60,422 nucleotides of DNA from the NCBI GenBank assembly GCA_043814605.1, contig JBDRJV010000027.1, forward strand, positions 1 through 60,422. The letters run 5' to 3'. The stretch's first letter is position 1; the number at the start of each line of letters is the position of its first letter. The position numbers were made by a program, and so were the translations under genes. The DNA comes from Candidatus Omnitrophota bacterium (GTDB lineage: Bacteria; Omnitrophota; Gorgyraeia; B26-G9). Of this stretch, positions 39,738 to 51,673 are shown piece by piece. Below the pieces are notes generated by a model. The model was not told the DNA's origin. It saw nothing but the letters and a program-made list of their open reading frames with translations, and did no database searches.

Positions 39738-41108
39738 TTATTTTTCTAATATCTTTTTTGAAAACCTTTTCGGAATCTTTGTTGGATATTTGCCGTCAAA
39801 ACAGGCGGTACAAAATTCACAGCTCGGTAAAAGCATTGTTTTTAACATCCCTTTTAAACTCAAGTATTTTAAACTATCCAACCCAATAAAATCGCGAATT
39901 TCAGAAACAGAGTAGTTCGCGGCAATCAATTCTTTCTTAGTGGGAAAATCTATACCATAAAAACAAGGATATTTAATTGGAGGACAACTAATGCGCATAT
40001 GCACTTTTTTTGCGCCGGAATTATAGAGTGTTTTGATACGGGCTTTACTTGTTGTCCCCCGTACTATAGAATCTTCAACCACCGCTAAGTTTTTCCCCTT
40101 AATCATATCTTTTATCGGATTAAGCTTTACTTTTACTCTAAAATCACGGATAAACTGAGAGGGCTGAATAAAAGTGCGTCCGATATAATGATTACGAATC
40201 ATGCCTACTTCAAAGGGAAGTTTAGCTTTTTTTGCAAAACCTAAAGCAGCATAATTTCCCGAATCCGGGATAGGCATAACTAAATCACATTTAACCGGAG
40301 ATTCTTTCGCTAATTGTTCCCCTAAACGTTTTCGGGTTAGATAAACATTTTTGCCAAAAATATTACTATCCGGCCGGGCAAAATAAATATATTCAAAGAT
40401 ACAAAAAGCATGCTTTTTTTTCGGAAACGGTTTTACAGATTCTATTTTATTATTGCGGATAAATACTATTTCTCCGGGCTCAATTTCTCGGAAATATTTT
40501 GCCTCGATTAAATCCAGCGCGCAAGTTTCACTAGCAAAAACATAAGCCCCGTCAAGTTTTCCGATACATAATGGTTTAAACCCATGCGGATCACGTGCTC
40601 CGATTAAAATATTATCAAGCATCATCACTAAAGAATATGCGCCTTCTAAAGAAAACAAGGCATTGATCACTTTTTTCTGATAATCCTTTTCTTTTGATTG
40701 TGCCAGAAAATGTACTATGGTTTCCGAATCCATTGTTGTTTGAAAAATAGACCCCTGTTCTTCCAATTGTTCACGCAATTGTGCTGTATTAGTAAAATTT
40801 CCATTATGGGCAATAGCAATATGCCCTTGTTTATGATTAACTAAAAAAGGCTGGATATTCCTGGCCAAACTTGATCCGGTTGTGGAATAGCGTACATGGC
40901 CCAGGGCTATTTTACCGCGCAGTTTACGAATTGCCGGTTCATCAAAAATATCTTCTACCAATCCCATCCCTTGATGCGAATAGGTTTTTTTACAATCATA
41001 GCTGACAATACCCGCACTTTCCTCTCCTCGATGCTGCAATGCATATAAACCTAAATAAGTTAATCTCGCCGCATCCTTATGTCCTGAAACGCCAAATATT
41101 CCACACAT
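39738..41108 (-). CDS. purF: Amidophosphoribosyltransferase
   Basis: 456 aa with the N-terminal MCGIFG Ntn-amidotransferase nucleophile and a PRTase domain (VVEDSIVRGTT). Confidence 0.95.
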   Translation of the reverse strand: MCGIFGVSGHKDAARLTYLGLYALQHRGEESAGIVSYDCKKTYSHQGMGLVEDIFDEPAIRKLRGKIALGHVRYSTTGSSLARNIQPFLVNHKQGHIAIAHNGNFTNTAQLREQLEEQGSIFQTTMDSETIVHFLAQSKEKDYQKKVINALFSLEGAYSLVMMLDNILIGARDPHGFKPLCIGKLDGAYVFASETCALDLIEAKYFREIEPGEIVFIRNNKIESVKPFPKKKHAFCIFEYIYFARPDSNIFGKNVYLTRKRLGEQLAKESPVKCDLVMPIPDSGNYAALGFAKKAKLPFEVGMIRNHYIGRTFIQPSQFIRDFRVKVKLNPIKDMIKGKNLAVVEDSIVRGTTSKARIKTLYNSGAKKVHMRISCPPIKYPCFYGIDFPTKKELIAANYSVSEIRDFIGLDSLKYLSLKGMLKTMLLPSCEFCTACFDGKYPTKIPKRFSKKILEK

Positions 41109-41127
41109 AATATTTATCCTGTTCTGA

Positions 41128-44100
41128 TTAGGAATTCTTAATATATTCCTGAATTGGGGTTACCGTAAAATCATTCCTCATTCTTGATTCAATACCATTA
41201 ACTGCTGCTTGTGCACCCTGAATAGTCGTAATACAGGGAATTCCATGCATTACTGCGGCATTGCGAATCGGCTTCATATCCGATTGTCCCTTTGGACCAG
41301 TAGGAGTATTAATTACCAATTTTATCTCCCCAGTTTTTATTAAATCTAAAATTTCTGAACTGCCTTCACTGATCTTTTTCACACTTTGGGCTTTTATATT
41401 ATTTGAATTAAGCACTTTATATGTCCCTTTTGTCGCAATTAATTTAAATCCCAAATTAAAAAGCTTTTTTGCCACAAATACAATATCTCTTTTATCATCA
41501 TTTTTTACACTGATGAATATTTTACCTTTTTTCGGTAAAAAAGAGCCGGCTGCAATCTGAGATTTATAAAAAGCAATATCAAAAGATCTATCGATCCCCA
41601 TAACTTCCCCGGTTGATTTCATTTCCGGGCCTAAAATAATATCCACACCGGAAAAACGGGAAAAAGGCAGTACAGATTCTTTTACAGCAACGTGTTCAAT
41701 TTTTTTCTCCGTAGTTATGCCTAATTCTGATAATTTCTTCCCGGACATAATTTTTGCCGCAATCTTAGCCAAGGGTACACCGGTGGCTTTAGAAACAAAA
41801 GGTGCTGTACGCGAAGCCCGCGGATTAACTTCCAACACATAAACAGTATTATTTTTCACGGCAAATTGTATATTAATAAGGCCTTTGACTTTTAATTCCT
41901 GCGATAAAACTACAGTACATTTTCTGATATTATCAATTATTTCATCATCTAGAGTATGCGGCGGAATTACACACGCAGAATCGCCGGAATGCACACCTGC
42001 TTCTTCGATATGTTCCATTATTCCGCCAATCACTGTATTTTCTCCGTCAGATAAAGCATCAACATCAACTTCAACTGCACCTTCTAAAAATTTATCGATT
42101 AAAATTGGTTTTTCCGGAGATACATCTACAGCTTCCTGCATAAATTTTTCTAATTCCTGTTGCTGATAAACAATCCGCATTGCCCGTCCGCCCAAAACAT
42201 AAGAAGGCCGGACCAAAACCGGATAGCCAATTTCTTGTGCAATACTAATTGCTTGTTTAAGCGAAGTTGCTGAACCATTCGGCGGCTGATTAATATTTAA
42301 TTTTTTAATAAGTTTGGCAAATTTATCCCGGTTCTCAGCCCGGTCAATTGATTCAACAGATGTACCAATTATCGGCGCTCCGGCATCAGAGAGTTCTTTT
42401 GCTAAATTTAATGGCGTCTGCCCGCCAAACTGCACAATAATTCCGTCCGGCTTTTCTTTATCCACAATATTCATCACATCTTCAAATGTTAAAGGCTCAA
42501 AATAAAGTTTATCCGAAGTATCATAATCTGTAGAAACAGTTTCCGGATTAGAATTAACCATTATTGTCTCATACCCTAATTCTTTTAATGCAAATGCTGC
42601 ATGACAACAACAGTAATCAAATTCTATGCCCTGTCCAATACGGTTAGGCCCTCCTCCTAAAATCATAATTTTTTTCTTATGGGAAACCCGCATTTCATCT
42701 TCTGTTTCATAAGTAGAATAATAATAGGGGGTATAAGCTTCAAATTCCGCAGCACATGTATCCACTAATTTATAAGTCGGGATAATCCCTGTTTTCTTAC
42801 GGTAATTTCTGACACTAATCTCATCGGAATCAATTAGTTGGGCAATTTGTCTATCACTAAATCCATACTGTTTGGCTTGGAGTAATAATTCTGAATCAAA
42901 ATTATTTATCCCCTGCTTTGTTTTGTACTGCTTAATTTTATCTTCCAGTTCAACTATTTGTAAAATATTATCTAAAAACCAAAGATCAATTTTTGTGATT
43001 TCAGCAATCTTCTTTATACTCATACCTTTCTGCAAGGCATATTTAATATAAAAAATTCTCGAAGCATTTGGTTCTTTTAAACGATGCAGAAGTTTTTCTT
43101 CGTCAATTTCATTGAAATCTTGTTTATTATCTAAGCCAATATGTTCAATTTCCAATCCGCGTAATCCTTTTTGTAACGCCTCTTTAAATGTACGGCCAAT
43201 TGCCATTGTCTCGCCTACAGACTTCATTGAAATTCCTAAAATATCCTTAGCTTCCGGGAATTTCTCAAAAGTAAACCGCGGAATTTTCACCACACAATAG
43301 TCAATCGTTGGTTCAAAAGAAGCCGGGGTTTCTTGGGTAATATCATTACAGATTTCATCCAGTGTATAACCTACGGCAAGTTTTGCCGCAAATTTTGCAA
43401 TGGGAAACCCCGTGGCTTTACTGGCTAAGGCGGATGAGCGGGAAACACGCGGGTTCATTTCAATAACAACCATTCTCCCTGTAGCCGGGTTAACCGCAAA
43501 CTGGATATTGGAACCGCCGGTTTCCACTCCAATTTCACGGATAATTGCCAAAGATGCATCACGCATTTTTTGATACTCTCTATCCGTTAATGTCTGCGCC
43601 GGAGCCACAGTTATGGAATCGCCAGTATGAATACCCATAGGATCAAAATTTTCAATTGAGCAAACAATTACTACATTATCTTTTTTATCCCGCATTACTT
43701 CCAGTTCATACTCTTTCCAGCCTAAAATTGATTCCTCAACTAAAATTTCACTGATCATGCTATTTTTTAGACCTAAATCCGCAATGCTTATAAATTCTTC
43801 TTCAGTTGTCGCAATGCCGCCGCCTGTACCTCCGAGTGTAAAACTGGGTCTAATAATCAACGGCAGGCCGATTTCTTTCAACGCTGCTTTTGCCTCGGCC
43901 ATATTATAAGCTAAAGCACTTCTGGGTAAATCTAACCCAATTTTCTGCATTGCTTCTTTAAAATATTTTCTATCTTCAGCTTTTTGGATTGCTTTGGTAT
44001 TCGCACCAATCATTTTTACATTATATTTTTTTAATATTCCTAGTTCTGCGGCCTTCATTGCTGTATTTAATCCGGTTTGTCCGCCTAATGTCGGTAATAT

Positions 44101-44355
44101 TGCATCCGGTCTCTCTTTAGCAATAATTTTTTCTAATACTTCCGGAGTTATCGGTTCAATATAAGTTGCATCCGCTATTTCCGGATCAGTCATAATTGTT
44201 GCCGGATTAGAATTAATCAGTACAACTTTATACCCTTCTTCTCTGAGTGCTTTACAAGCCTGGGTACCGGAATAATCAAATTCGCAAGCCTGGCCAATAA
44301 TTATCGGGCCAGAACCAATAATCAATATTTTTTTTATGTCTGTTCGCTTGGGCAT
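41128..44355 (-). CDS. carB: Carbamoyl-phosphate synthase large subunit
   Basis: 1075 aa with duplicated ATP-grasp halves and an MGS-like C-terminal domain. Confidence 0.97.
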   Translation of the reverse strand: MPKRTDIKKILIIGSGPIIIGQACEFDYSGTQACKALREEGYKVVLINSNPATIMTDPEIADATYIEPITPEVLEKIIAKERPDAILPTLGGQTGLNTAMKAAELGILKKYNVKMIGANTKAIQKAEDRKYFKEAMQKIGLDLPRSALAYNMAEAKAALKEIGLPLIIRPSFTLGGTGGGIATTEEEFISIADLGLKNSMISEILVEESILGWKEYELEVMRDKKDNVVIVCSIENFDPMGIHTGDSITVAPAQTLTDREYQKMRDASLAIIREIGVETGGSNIQFAVNPATGRMVVIEMNPRVSRSSALASKATGFPIAKFAAKLAVGYTLDEICNDITQETPASFEPTIDYCVVKIPRFTFEKFPEAKDILGISMKSVGETMAIGRTFKEALQKGLRGLEIEHIGLDNKQDFNEIDEEKLLHRLKEPNASRIFYIKYALQKGMSIKKIAEITKIDLWFLDNILQIVELEDKIKQYKTKQGINNFDSELLLQAKQYGFSDRQIAQLIDSDEISVRNYRKKTGIIPTYKLVDTCAAEFEAYTPYYYSTYETEDEMRVSHKKKIMILGGGPNRIGQGIEFDYCCCHAAFALKELGYETIMVNSNPETVSTDYDTSDKLYFEPLTFEDVMNIVDKEKPDGIIVQFGGQTPLNLAKELSDAGAPIIGTSVESIDRAENRDKFAKLIKKLNINQPPNGSATSLKQAISIAQEIGYPVLVRPSYVLGGRAMRIVYQQQELEKFMQEAVDVSPEKPILIDKFLEGAVEVDVDALSDGENTVIGGIMEHIEEAGVHSGDSACVIPPHTLDDEIIDNIRKCTVVLSQELKVKGLINIQFAVKNNTVYVLEVNPRASRTAPFVSKATGVPLAKIAAKIMSGKKLSELGITTEKKIEHVAVKESVLPFSRFSGVDIILGPEMKSTGEVMGIDRSFDIAFYKSQIAAGSFLPKKGKIFISVKNDDKRDIVFVAKKLFNLGFKLIATKGTYKVLNSNNIKAQSVKKISEGSSEILDLIKTGEIKLVINTPTGPKGQSDMKPIRNAAVMHGIPCITTIQGAQAAVNGIESRMRNDFTVTPIQEYIKNS

Positions 44356-45485
44356 TTTTTTAATCCTAATTTATAAGTTTCTATCAAAGCAACAAATCTT
44401 TTAAACAAATATGCTGAATCATGCGGACCCGGGCAGGATTCCGGATGAAACTGCACAGAAAAAACCGGCAGTTTTCTATGTCTAATCCCTTCCAGTGTCT
44501 GATCATTAAGATTTATATGTGTAATTTCAATTTCATCTTTATTTAAAGAATTAAGGTCAACGCAAAAACTATGGTTCTGTACAGTGATATCAATTTTTTC
44601 AGTTTCTAAATCTTTAACCGGTTGATTGCCTCCATGGTGGCCAAACTTTAATTTATAAGTTCTCCCGCCTAAAGCTAAACCCAGCATTTGCTGCCCTAAA
44701 CAAATCCCGAACATCGGTATTTTTTTCTTATGTGCCAAAATCTTTTTCACAGTCTCAATCACATAAGTTACTGCTGCCGGGTCTCCCGGGCCGTTAGAAA
44801 GCATTATCCCGTCCGGATTTAATTTTAAAATTTCACCAAATCCGGTTTGCGCCGGAACAACATAAACAGCACAATTATTATTGGCTAAAGAACGTAAAAT
44901 ATTAAGTTTTACGCCGCAATCTATAACCACAACCTTATATTTACCCTCTTTTTTAAAGCAATAAGTTTTTTGGCAAGTCACTTCCTTAACCAGGTCAATT
45001 CCAACTAACCCTTGAGAATTTTCTGCTTTTTTAATTAAACTTTTATCATCTAAATCTTCAGTGGAGATTACGGCTTTCATTGCTCCTTTTAAACGCGTAT
45101 GACGTGTCAGCGCCCGGGTATCCACGCCTTCAATTCCGATGATATTATTTTGTTTTAAATATTCATTCAGTGTTTGAGTTGCGCGCCAATTACTATAAAA
45201 GCGTGAACATTCCCGAACTACAAAAGCCTCAACCCAAGGCCTAGTAGATTCTATATCGTCTGAATTTACACCATAATTACCGATTAAAGGATAGGTCATG
45301 GTAACAATTTGACCTTTATAGGAAGGATCTGTAAGAATTTCCTGGTACCCGGACATGCTGGTATTAAATACTACTTCTCCGAATGTTGTTCCGGTTGCCC
45401 CAAAAGAATATCCGGAAAAAATTCGGCCATCTTCTAAAGCAATCTTTGCTTTTGTTCTTTTGCCATATAGTTTATTATCAGTCAT
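44334..45485 (-). CDS. carA: Carbamoyl-phosphate synthase small (glutaminase) subunit
   Basis: 383 aa with the GATase triad region (GICLGQQ, FHPE). Its 3' end overlaps the carB start by 22 nt. Confidence 0.95.
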   Translation of the reverse strand: MTDNKLYGKRTKAKIALEDGRIFSGYSFGATGTTFGEVVFNTSMSGYQEILTDPSYKGQIVTMTYPLIGNYGVNSDDIESTRPWVEAFVVRECSRFYSNWRATQTLNEYLKQNNIIGIEGVDTRALTRHTRLKGAMKAVISTEDLDDKSLIKKAENSQGLVGIDLVKEVTCQKTYCFKKEGKYKVVVIDCGVKLNILRSLANNNCAVYVVPAQTGFGEILKLNPDGIMLSNGPGDPAAVTYVIETVKKILAHKKKIPMFGICLGQQMLGLALGGRTYKLKFGHHGGNQPVKDLETEKIDITVQNHSFCVDLNSLNKDEIEITHINLNDQTLEGIRHRKLPVFSVQFHPESCPGPHDSAYLFKRFVALIETYKLGLKKCPSEQT

Positions 45486-45661
45486 AAAATATATATTAAA
45501 AAATGCACTTTATTCAGTAGATTTTCAGTATTTTTTAAGGCCCTGCAAAAAAAACAGGAGTTTTGAAGGGTTTTCAATCTCTATGATTATAATATATAAC
45601 ATTTAAATTTGAAAGATTTTTTTTAAAAAATTAAACTTCTATTGTTTTTACAGAAACCATT

Positions 45662-45699
45662 AAAAAAGGCAGATTCTTAACCCAGAACCTGCCTTTTTT
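45662..45699 (-). terminator. Intrinsic terminator downstream of gdhA (bidirectional form)
   Basis: Stem GGCAGGUUCU/AGAAUCUGCC (one mismatch) with a hexaloop. It is flanked by an A6 run and a T6 run. Confidence 0.65.
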
Positions 45700-45727
45700 A
45701 TCTTATAACTTCGCTGCTAAATTAACG

Positions 45728-47408
<1,681 letters not shown>

Positions 47409-47490
47409 ATAATAAAATAAAAAAAGACATTTCCTCCTTGTTCAGGAAACGTCTTTGTTTCTTCCATATACAATACAAACATTGTATTGT
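47409..47490 (-). promoter_or_regulatory. ANTAR-type dual-hexaloop antiterminator overlapping an intrinsic terminator (gdhA leader)
   Basis: P1 is ACAAUAC[AAUGUU]GUAUUGU and P2 is GAAAC[AAAGAC]GUUUC. The 3' half of P2 forms the 5' arm of a 13-bp terminator stem that is followed by a U-tract. Confidence 0.65.
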
Positions 47491-47497
47491 GAAAATA

Positions 47498-47526
47498 AGC
47501 TTATCAAAATTCAAAAATATTGTCAA
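47498..47526 (-). promoter_or_regulatory. Candidate sigma70-type promoter of gdhA
   Basis: Minus strand reads TTGACA (47526-47521)-N17-TAAGCT (47503-47498). P1 begins 7 nt downstream. Confidence 0.5.
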
Positions 47527-47576
47527 TAAAAAAATCGCCTGATTTTTAAGCAAATTTTATTTTTAATTTATTATTA

Positions 47577-47684
47577 ATGGAACCCCCACGGGCTAAAGCC
47601 TGTGGTTCCTGGGGTGGAATACTCAAGCGGCCTCCTTTTATCCGCGCCATAAATGGGCGCGGTTTTAGGCCGCGGATGTATAAA
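47577..47684 (+). repeat. 108-nt GC-rich structured intergenic repeat, copy 2 of 3
   Basis: Identical to copy 1 except T at 47601 (C at 27937). Confidence 0.9.
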
Positions 47685-47719
47685 CCAATGCTTCAATATA
47701 AAGCAAAAAATTAAAATTA

Positions 47720-48928
47720 TTATATACTAGATTTTTTAACTCCCTGATTCCAGCGATCTTTAAGTTTAGGATTATCAATCCAGGATAACAAGTATTTTGT
47801 ATATTCCTCTCCGGTTACTCCGGTATCCCTGCCGGTAATTATCATCTTTTTTTCAAATTGCCCGCAGATATCTAAAGCCATTTCTACTTTTTCTGCTTGA
47901 TTATTAAATCCAATATGTCTAATCAGCATTGCACTGGCACGAATCATAGAACAGGGATCAGCAAATTTTGCCCGCCCTTCTTTAACCATACGCGGCGCAC
48001 TGCCATGAATTGCTTCAAACATTGCCCATTTTTTCCCGATGTTTGCACTGCCAGCTGTACCTACGCCGCCTTGCATTTGCGCGGCTTCATCCGTTAAAAT
48101 ATCGCCGTAAAGATTCGGCAGAACTAACACCTTAAATTCTTTGCGCCTAGCCGGATCAATTAACTTTGCACTCATAATATCAACATACCACTCATCCAGT
48201 TTAATTTTCGGATATTCCCGGGCAACACGAAAAGCAACCCGGGAAAACCGGCCGTCTGTAGTTTTTATAACATTTGATTTGGTAACTACGGTCACACGGT
48301 TAATATTATTCTTCTTTGCATATTCAAAGGCCATACGAATAATACGCTCTGAACCTTGCTCTGTTATGACTTTAAAGTCTATACTCAAATTTTCGGAAAC
48401 ATCAAATCCTCTGGAACCTAAAACATAAGCCCCTTCTGTATTCTCTCTAAAAAAACACCAATCAATGCTTTCTTGAGGAATTTTTATTGGCCGTATATTA
48501 GCAAAAAGATCCAAATGCCGGCGCATGGCTACATTGGCGCTTTCAATGTTTGGCCACTTATCCCCAGCTTGCGGTGTTGTTGTCGGGCCTTTAAGAATTA
48601 CATGGCATGATTTTATTTCTTCGAGCACATCATCGGGAATTGCCTTTTTATGTTTAACCCTGTTTTCAATTGTTAATCCCGTAATATCTTTAAATTTAAT
48701 TTTTCCTTGAGCTATCTGAGTTTTTAACATATGTTCTAAAACTACTTGCGCATGTTTGGAAATAATTTCACCGATCCCATCGCCCCAGCAAATACCGATA
48801 ATAATCGGCGATAAAGTTGTATAATCCGGGCTCTGGACATCTTTTTTCATTTCTTCAACGCGTGCTAACTGCTCTTGGATTATAATTTTAAATTTTTCCT
48901 GTGCATTTTTTATCATTTCTTGCGACAT
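47720..48928 (-). CDS. icd: Isocitrate/isopropylmalate dehydrogenase family enzyme (probable isocitrate dehydrogenase)
   Basis: The family motif NLYGDILTDEAAQMQGGVGTAGSANIG is present. The ATG at 48928 with an AGAGGT SD is preferred over the upstream GTG at 48958. Confidence 0.7.
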   Translation of the reverse strand: MSQEMIKNAQEKFKIIIQEQLARVEEMKKDVQSPDYTTLSPIIIGICWGDGIGEIISKHAQVVLEHMLKTQIAQGKIKFKDITGLTIENRVKHKKAIPDDVLEEIKSCHVILKGPTTTPQAGDKWPNIESANVAMRRHLDLFANIRPIKIPQESIDWCFFRENTEGAYVLGSRGFDVSENLSIDFKVITEQGSERIIRMAFEYAKKNNINRVTVVTKSNVIKTTDGRFSRVAFRVAREYPKIKLDEWYVDIMSAKLIDPARRKEFKVLVLPNLYGDILTDEAAQMQGGVGTAGSANIGKKWAMFEAIHGSAPRMVKEGRAKFADPCSMIRASAMLIRHIGFNNQAEKVEMALDICGQFEKKMIITGRDTGVTGEEYTKYLLSWIDNPKLKDRWNQGVKKSSI

Positions 48929-49027
48929 TTTTTTACCTCTAATATTTTTTAAAATCACCTTTTCTTTTTCTTTAGATCAGTTTTTCCTTTAATACATTAT
49001 ACCCTAAATTATTATTTTTATAAACCT

Positions 49028-50425
49028 CTACCATTTACCAGTTTTTAAATATTGATCTATTACACGTGCGGCAGTTTTTCCTGCTCCCATTGCCGAGATT
49101 ACTGTCGCTGCTCCGGTTGCAATATCTCCGCCGGCAAATACCCCTTTTTTACTGGTCTTTCCGGTTTCAGAATCAATTTCGATATTACCTTTTTTGCCAA
49201 TTTTAAGTCCCGGAGTTGTCTCCGGAACTAGAGGATTTGGGCTATTACCAATAGCTACCACAACCACGTCTACAGGGATTTTAAAATTAGAATCTTCAAT
49301 CGGGACAGGGCGTCTTCTGCCTGATGCATCGGGTTCTCCTAATTTCATTCTTAAGCACTCCATTTCCCTTACCCAGCCCTTTTTATCTGCGTAATAAGCT
49401 ATCGGCAAGGTTAAAAATTCAAATTGAACTCCTTCTTCTTCGGCATGATGGATTTCTTCATTACGTGCGGGCATTTCTGCTTTTGATCTTCTGTAGATAA
49501 CCATTGCTTTTTCTGCGCCTAAACGTAATGCTGTTCTCACTGAATCCATAGCTACATTCCCGCCGCCAATCACTGCCACGTTTTTGCCTTTTATTGTCGG
49601 CGTGTCATATGCCGGAAAACTGTATGCTTTCATTAAATTGCTTCTGGTTAAATATTCATTTGCGGAAAATATTCCGCTATAATTCTCTCCGGGTAAAGAC
49701 ATAAACCAGGGCAGACCTGCCCCAGTTCCGACAAAAATCGCATTAAATTCATTAAGAAGTTCATCGATAGTTTTTAATTTACCCACCACAAAATCAGTTA
49801 CAATTTCTACGCCTAAGGAGTGAATATATTCAACTTCTCTTTCTACAATCGAATTAGGCAGTCGAAATTCAGGGATCCCATAGACAAGTACCCCTCCCAT
49901 CTCATGTAATGCTTCAAATATCGTTACTGCATGTCCGAGTTTTACCAGTTCACCCGCAACGGTAAGCCCTGCCGGACCTCCACCCACACAAGCGACTTTT
50001 TTTCCGGTAGAAATTTTCTTAACTGGCCTGAAAATGTTATCCTGTTTAGCTTCCCAGTCAGCAATAAATCTTTCTAACCTTCCAATCGCTACGGGCTCTC
50101 CCATTTTAGAGAGAATACAAACTTTTTGGCATTGATCTTCCTGCGGACATACCCGGCCACATATAGCTGGAAGCACATTAGTTTCTTTCATCTTTTTTAT
50201 GGAAGCATGGAAATCTGCTTTAGCAATTAAATCTATAAATCCCGGAATATCTATACCCACAGGACAACCTTTAACACACAAAGGATTTTTACATTGTAAA
50301 CACCTTTTTGCTTCCAAAACCGCTTCTTCTTCAGAATATCCAAAAGGGACTTCCTTAAAATTTTTAATTCTTTCCCGGGGTATTTGTTCACGCATGGGTA
50401 TTTGAGTAGGATCTACTTTTGCCAT
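49028..50425 (-). CDS. nfnB: NfnB-like / GltD-like (homotetrameric-type NADPH glutamate synthase family) FAD and Fe-S oxidoreductase
   Basis: 465 aa with N-terminal cysteine clusters (CLQCKNPLCVKGCPV, CGRVCPQEDQC) and two Rossmann GxGxxG motifs. Confidence 0.7.
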   Translation of the reverse strand: MAKVDPTQIPMREQIPRERIKNFKEVPFGYSEEEAVLEAKRCLQCKNPLCVKGCPVGIDIPGFIDLIAKADFHASIKKMKETNVLPAICGRVCPQEDQCQKVCILSKMGEPVAIGRLERFIADWEAKQDNIFRPVKKISTGKKVACVGGGPAGLTVAGELVKLGHAVTIFEALHEMGGVLVYGIPEFRLPNSIVEREVEYIHSLGVEIVTDFVVGKLKTIDELLNEFNAIFVGTGAGLPWFMSLPGENYSGIFSANEYLTRSNLMKAYSFPAYDTPTIKGKNVAVIGGGNVAMDSVRTALRLGAEKAMVIYRRSKAEMPARNEEIHHAEEEGVQFEFLTLPIAYYADKKGWVREMECLRMKLGEPDASGRRRPVPIEDSNFKIPVDVVVVAIGNSPNPLVPETTPGLKIGKKGNIEIDSETGKTSKKGVFAGGDIATGAATVISAMGAGKTAARVIDQYLKTGKW

Positions 50426-50439
50426 GATTTATTAATTCC

Positions 50440-51276
50440 TTAATTTTTGTTCTTAATTTTTTCCTCAAGCTTACACAGAGAACGATTCTCATGCGGAATA
50501 AATCTCTTCTGTCTATCCATCAGCTCATTAAAATCAACTTGATGTCCATCAAAATCCGGTCCGTCAACACAAGTAAATTTAGTTTCTCCCCCGATTGTAA
50601 CCCGGCATCCGCCACACATTCCTATCCCATCGATCATAATAGAATTCAAACAAACCAATGTATATATATCAAATTGTTTAGTTAGATTAGAGACTGCACG
50701 CATCATAGGCAGAGGGCCGACACAAAAGACCAGGTTATAATTTGATTTTTTTTCAATTAATTTTTTCAACGGATCCGTTACTATTCCCTTTTGCCCGAGT
50801 GAACCATCATCAGTTGTTATGTATAAAGCATCTGAGTATTCATTTATTTGTTCTTTTAGTATTACTAGATCAGCGGTGCGGCCGCCTAAAATTGATGTGA
50901 TTGAACACCCGGCTTGTTTCAATGCCCGTACTACTGGCAGAAGCTCCGCAATGCCAACTCCCCCGCCGACAACAATTATATTCCCGTAATTTTTTATCGG
51001 TGTAGGTTTTCCTAAAGGCCCGACCAGAGAATATAAAGAATCGCCTACTGTTAACCCCGCCAATAATTTCGTAGTATATCCTACTTCCTGAAAAATAATA
51101 GTTATACACTTATTTTCTTTATCTGAGTCCACAATGGTCAGCGGAATACGCTCCCCTTCTTTATTCACCATTAGCATAATAAATTGTCCGGGCAAAGCTT
51201 TCTCCGCAATAAGCGGCGCTTCGATGATAAATTTAGTTAAATCCTTGGTAATTTTTTCTTTAGCTAAAATCTTCAT
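50440..51276 (-). CDS. nfnA: NfnA-like sulfide/dihydroorotate-dehydrogenase-type FAD/NAD-binding subunit with a C-terminal 2Fe-2S cluster
   Basis: 278 aa with a ferredoxin-reductase-type fold and a C-terminal cysteine motif (GMCGGCRV...FTCVDGP). It lies directly upstream of the nfnB-like gene. Confidence 0.7.
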   Translation of the reverse strand: MKILAKEKITKDLTKFIIEAPLIAEKALPGQFIMLMVNKEGERIPLTIVDSDKENKCITIIFQEVGYTTKLLAGLTVGDSLYSLVGPLGKPTPIKNYGNIIVVGGGVGIAELLPVVRALKQAGCSITSILGGRTADLVILKEQINEYSDALYITTDDGSLGQKGIVTDPLKKLIEKKSNYNLVFCVGPLPMMRAVSNLTKQFDIYTLVCLNSIMIDGIGMCGGCRVTIGGETKFTCVDGPDFDGHQVDFNELMDRQKRFIPHENRSLCKLEEKIKNKN

Positions 51277-51295
51277 TTTTTCACCTTAGTTTAAC

Positions 51296-51375
51296 GAAAC
51301 AAAAAAAAGACATTTTCCAGTTTTAAATTTAGGATAACGTCTTTGTTATTATTAAATTCAATATCATCATTGTAT
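51296..51375 (-). promoter_or_regulatory. ANTAR-type dual-hairpin antiterminator overlapping an intrinsic terminator (nfnAB leader)
   Basis: P1 is AUACAAU[GAUGAU]AUUGAAU and P2 is AUAAC[AAAGAC]GUUAU. The terminator AAAGACGUUAUCC/GGAAAAUGUCUUU plus U8 follows, and the SD and ATG lie about 30 nt downstream. Confidence 0.6.
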
Positions 51376-51384
51376 TAAAAATCA

Positions 51385-51413
51385 AGATTACCATGATCTA
51401 AAAAAAAAGTCAA
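51385..51413 (-). promoter_or_regulatory. Candidate sigma70-type promoter of the nfnAB operon
   Basis: Minus strand reads TTGACT (51413-51408)-N17-TAATCT (51390-51385). Confidence 0.55.
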
Positions 51414-51431
51414 GAGGGCAAAGTGGGACAT

Positions 51432-51653
51432 TTATTCAATTCCTAGAGGATTAATAATATTGCGGTGCAGAGATCCATTATAGGTAGGCACTTCCCCTTC
51501 AAAAGGCTTAGATATAATATCCGGGGTAGACAGCTTATCCCATAGCACAATAATCACAAAAATTAGCAATAATAAAATAATCACCGCAATCAATTCCTGT
51601 TGAAATAAGTTGTGTTCCTCTTCTTTCTTCTGTTTATTCTCAATATTAATCAT
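51432..51653 (-). CDS. Small single-pass membrane protein, function unknown
   Basis: 73 aa with one central TM helix (LIAVIILLLLIFVIIVLW). Confidence 0.45.
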   Translation of the reverse strand: MINIENKQKKEEEHNLFQQELIAVIILLLLIFVIIVLWDKLSTPDIISKPFEGEVPTYNGSLHRNIINPLGIE

Positions 51654-51673
51654 ATTTCAGCCATGCAATAAAT

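Noticed and set aside
45541-45560. U8 tract in a weak hairpin (CUCCUG-U8-GCAGGG) in the carA leader as a UTP-sensing attenuator.
   Set aside because: The stem has only four Watson-Crick pairs plus one G-U. No leader peptide or terminator context is present, and the tract lies well downstream of the initially transcribed region.
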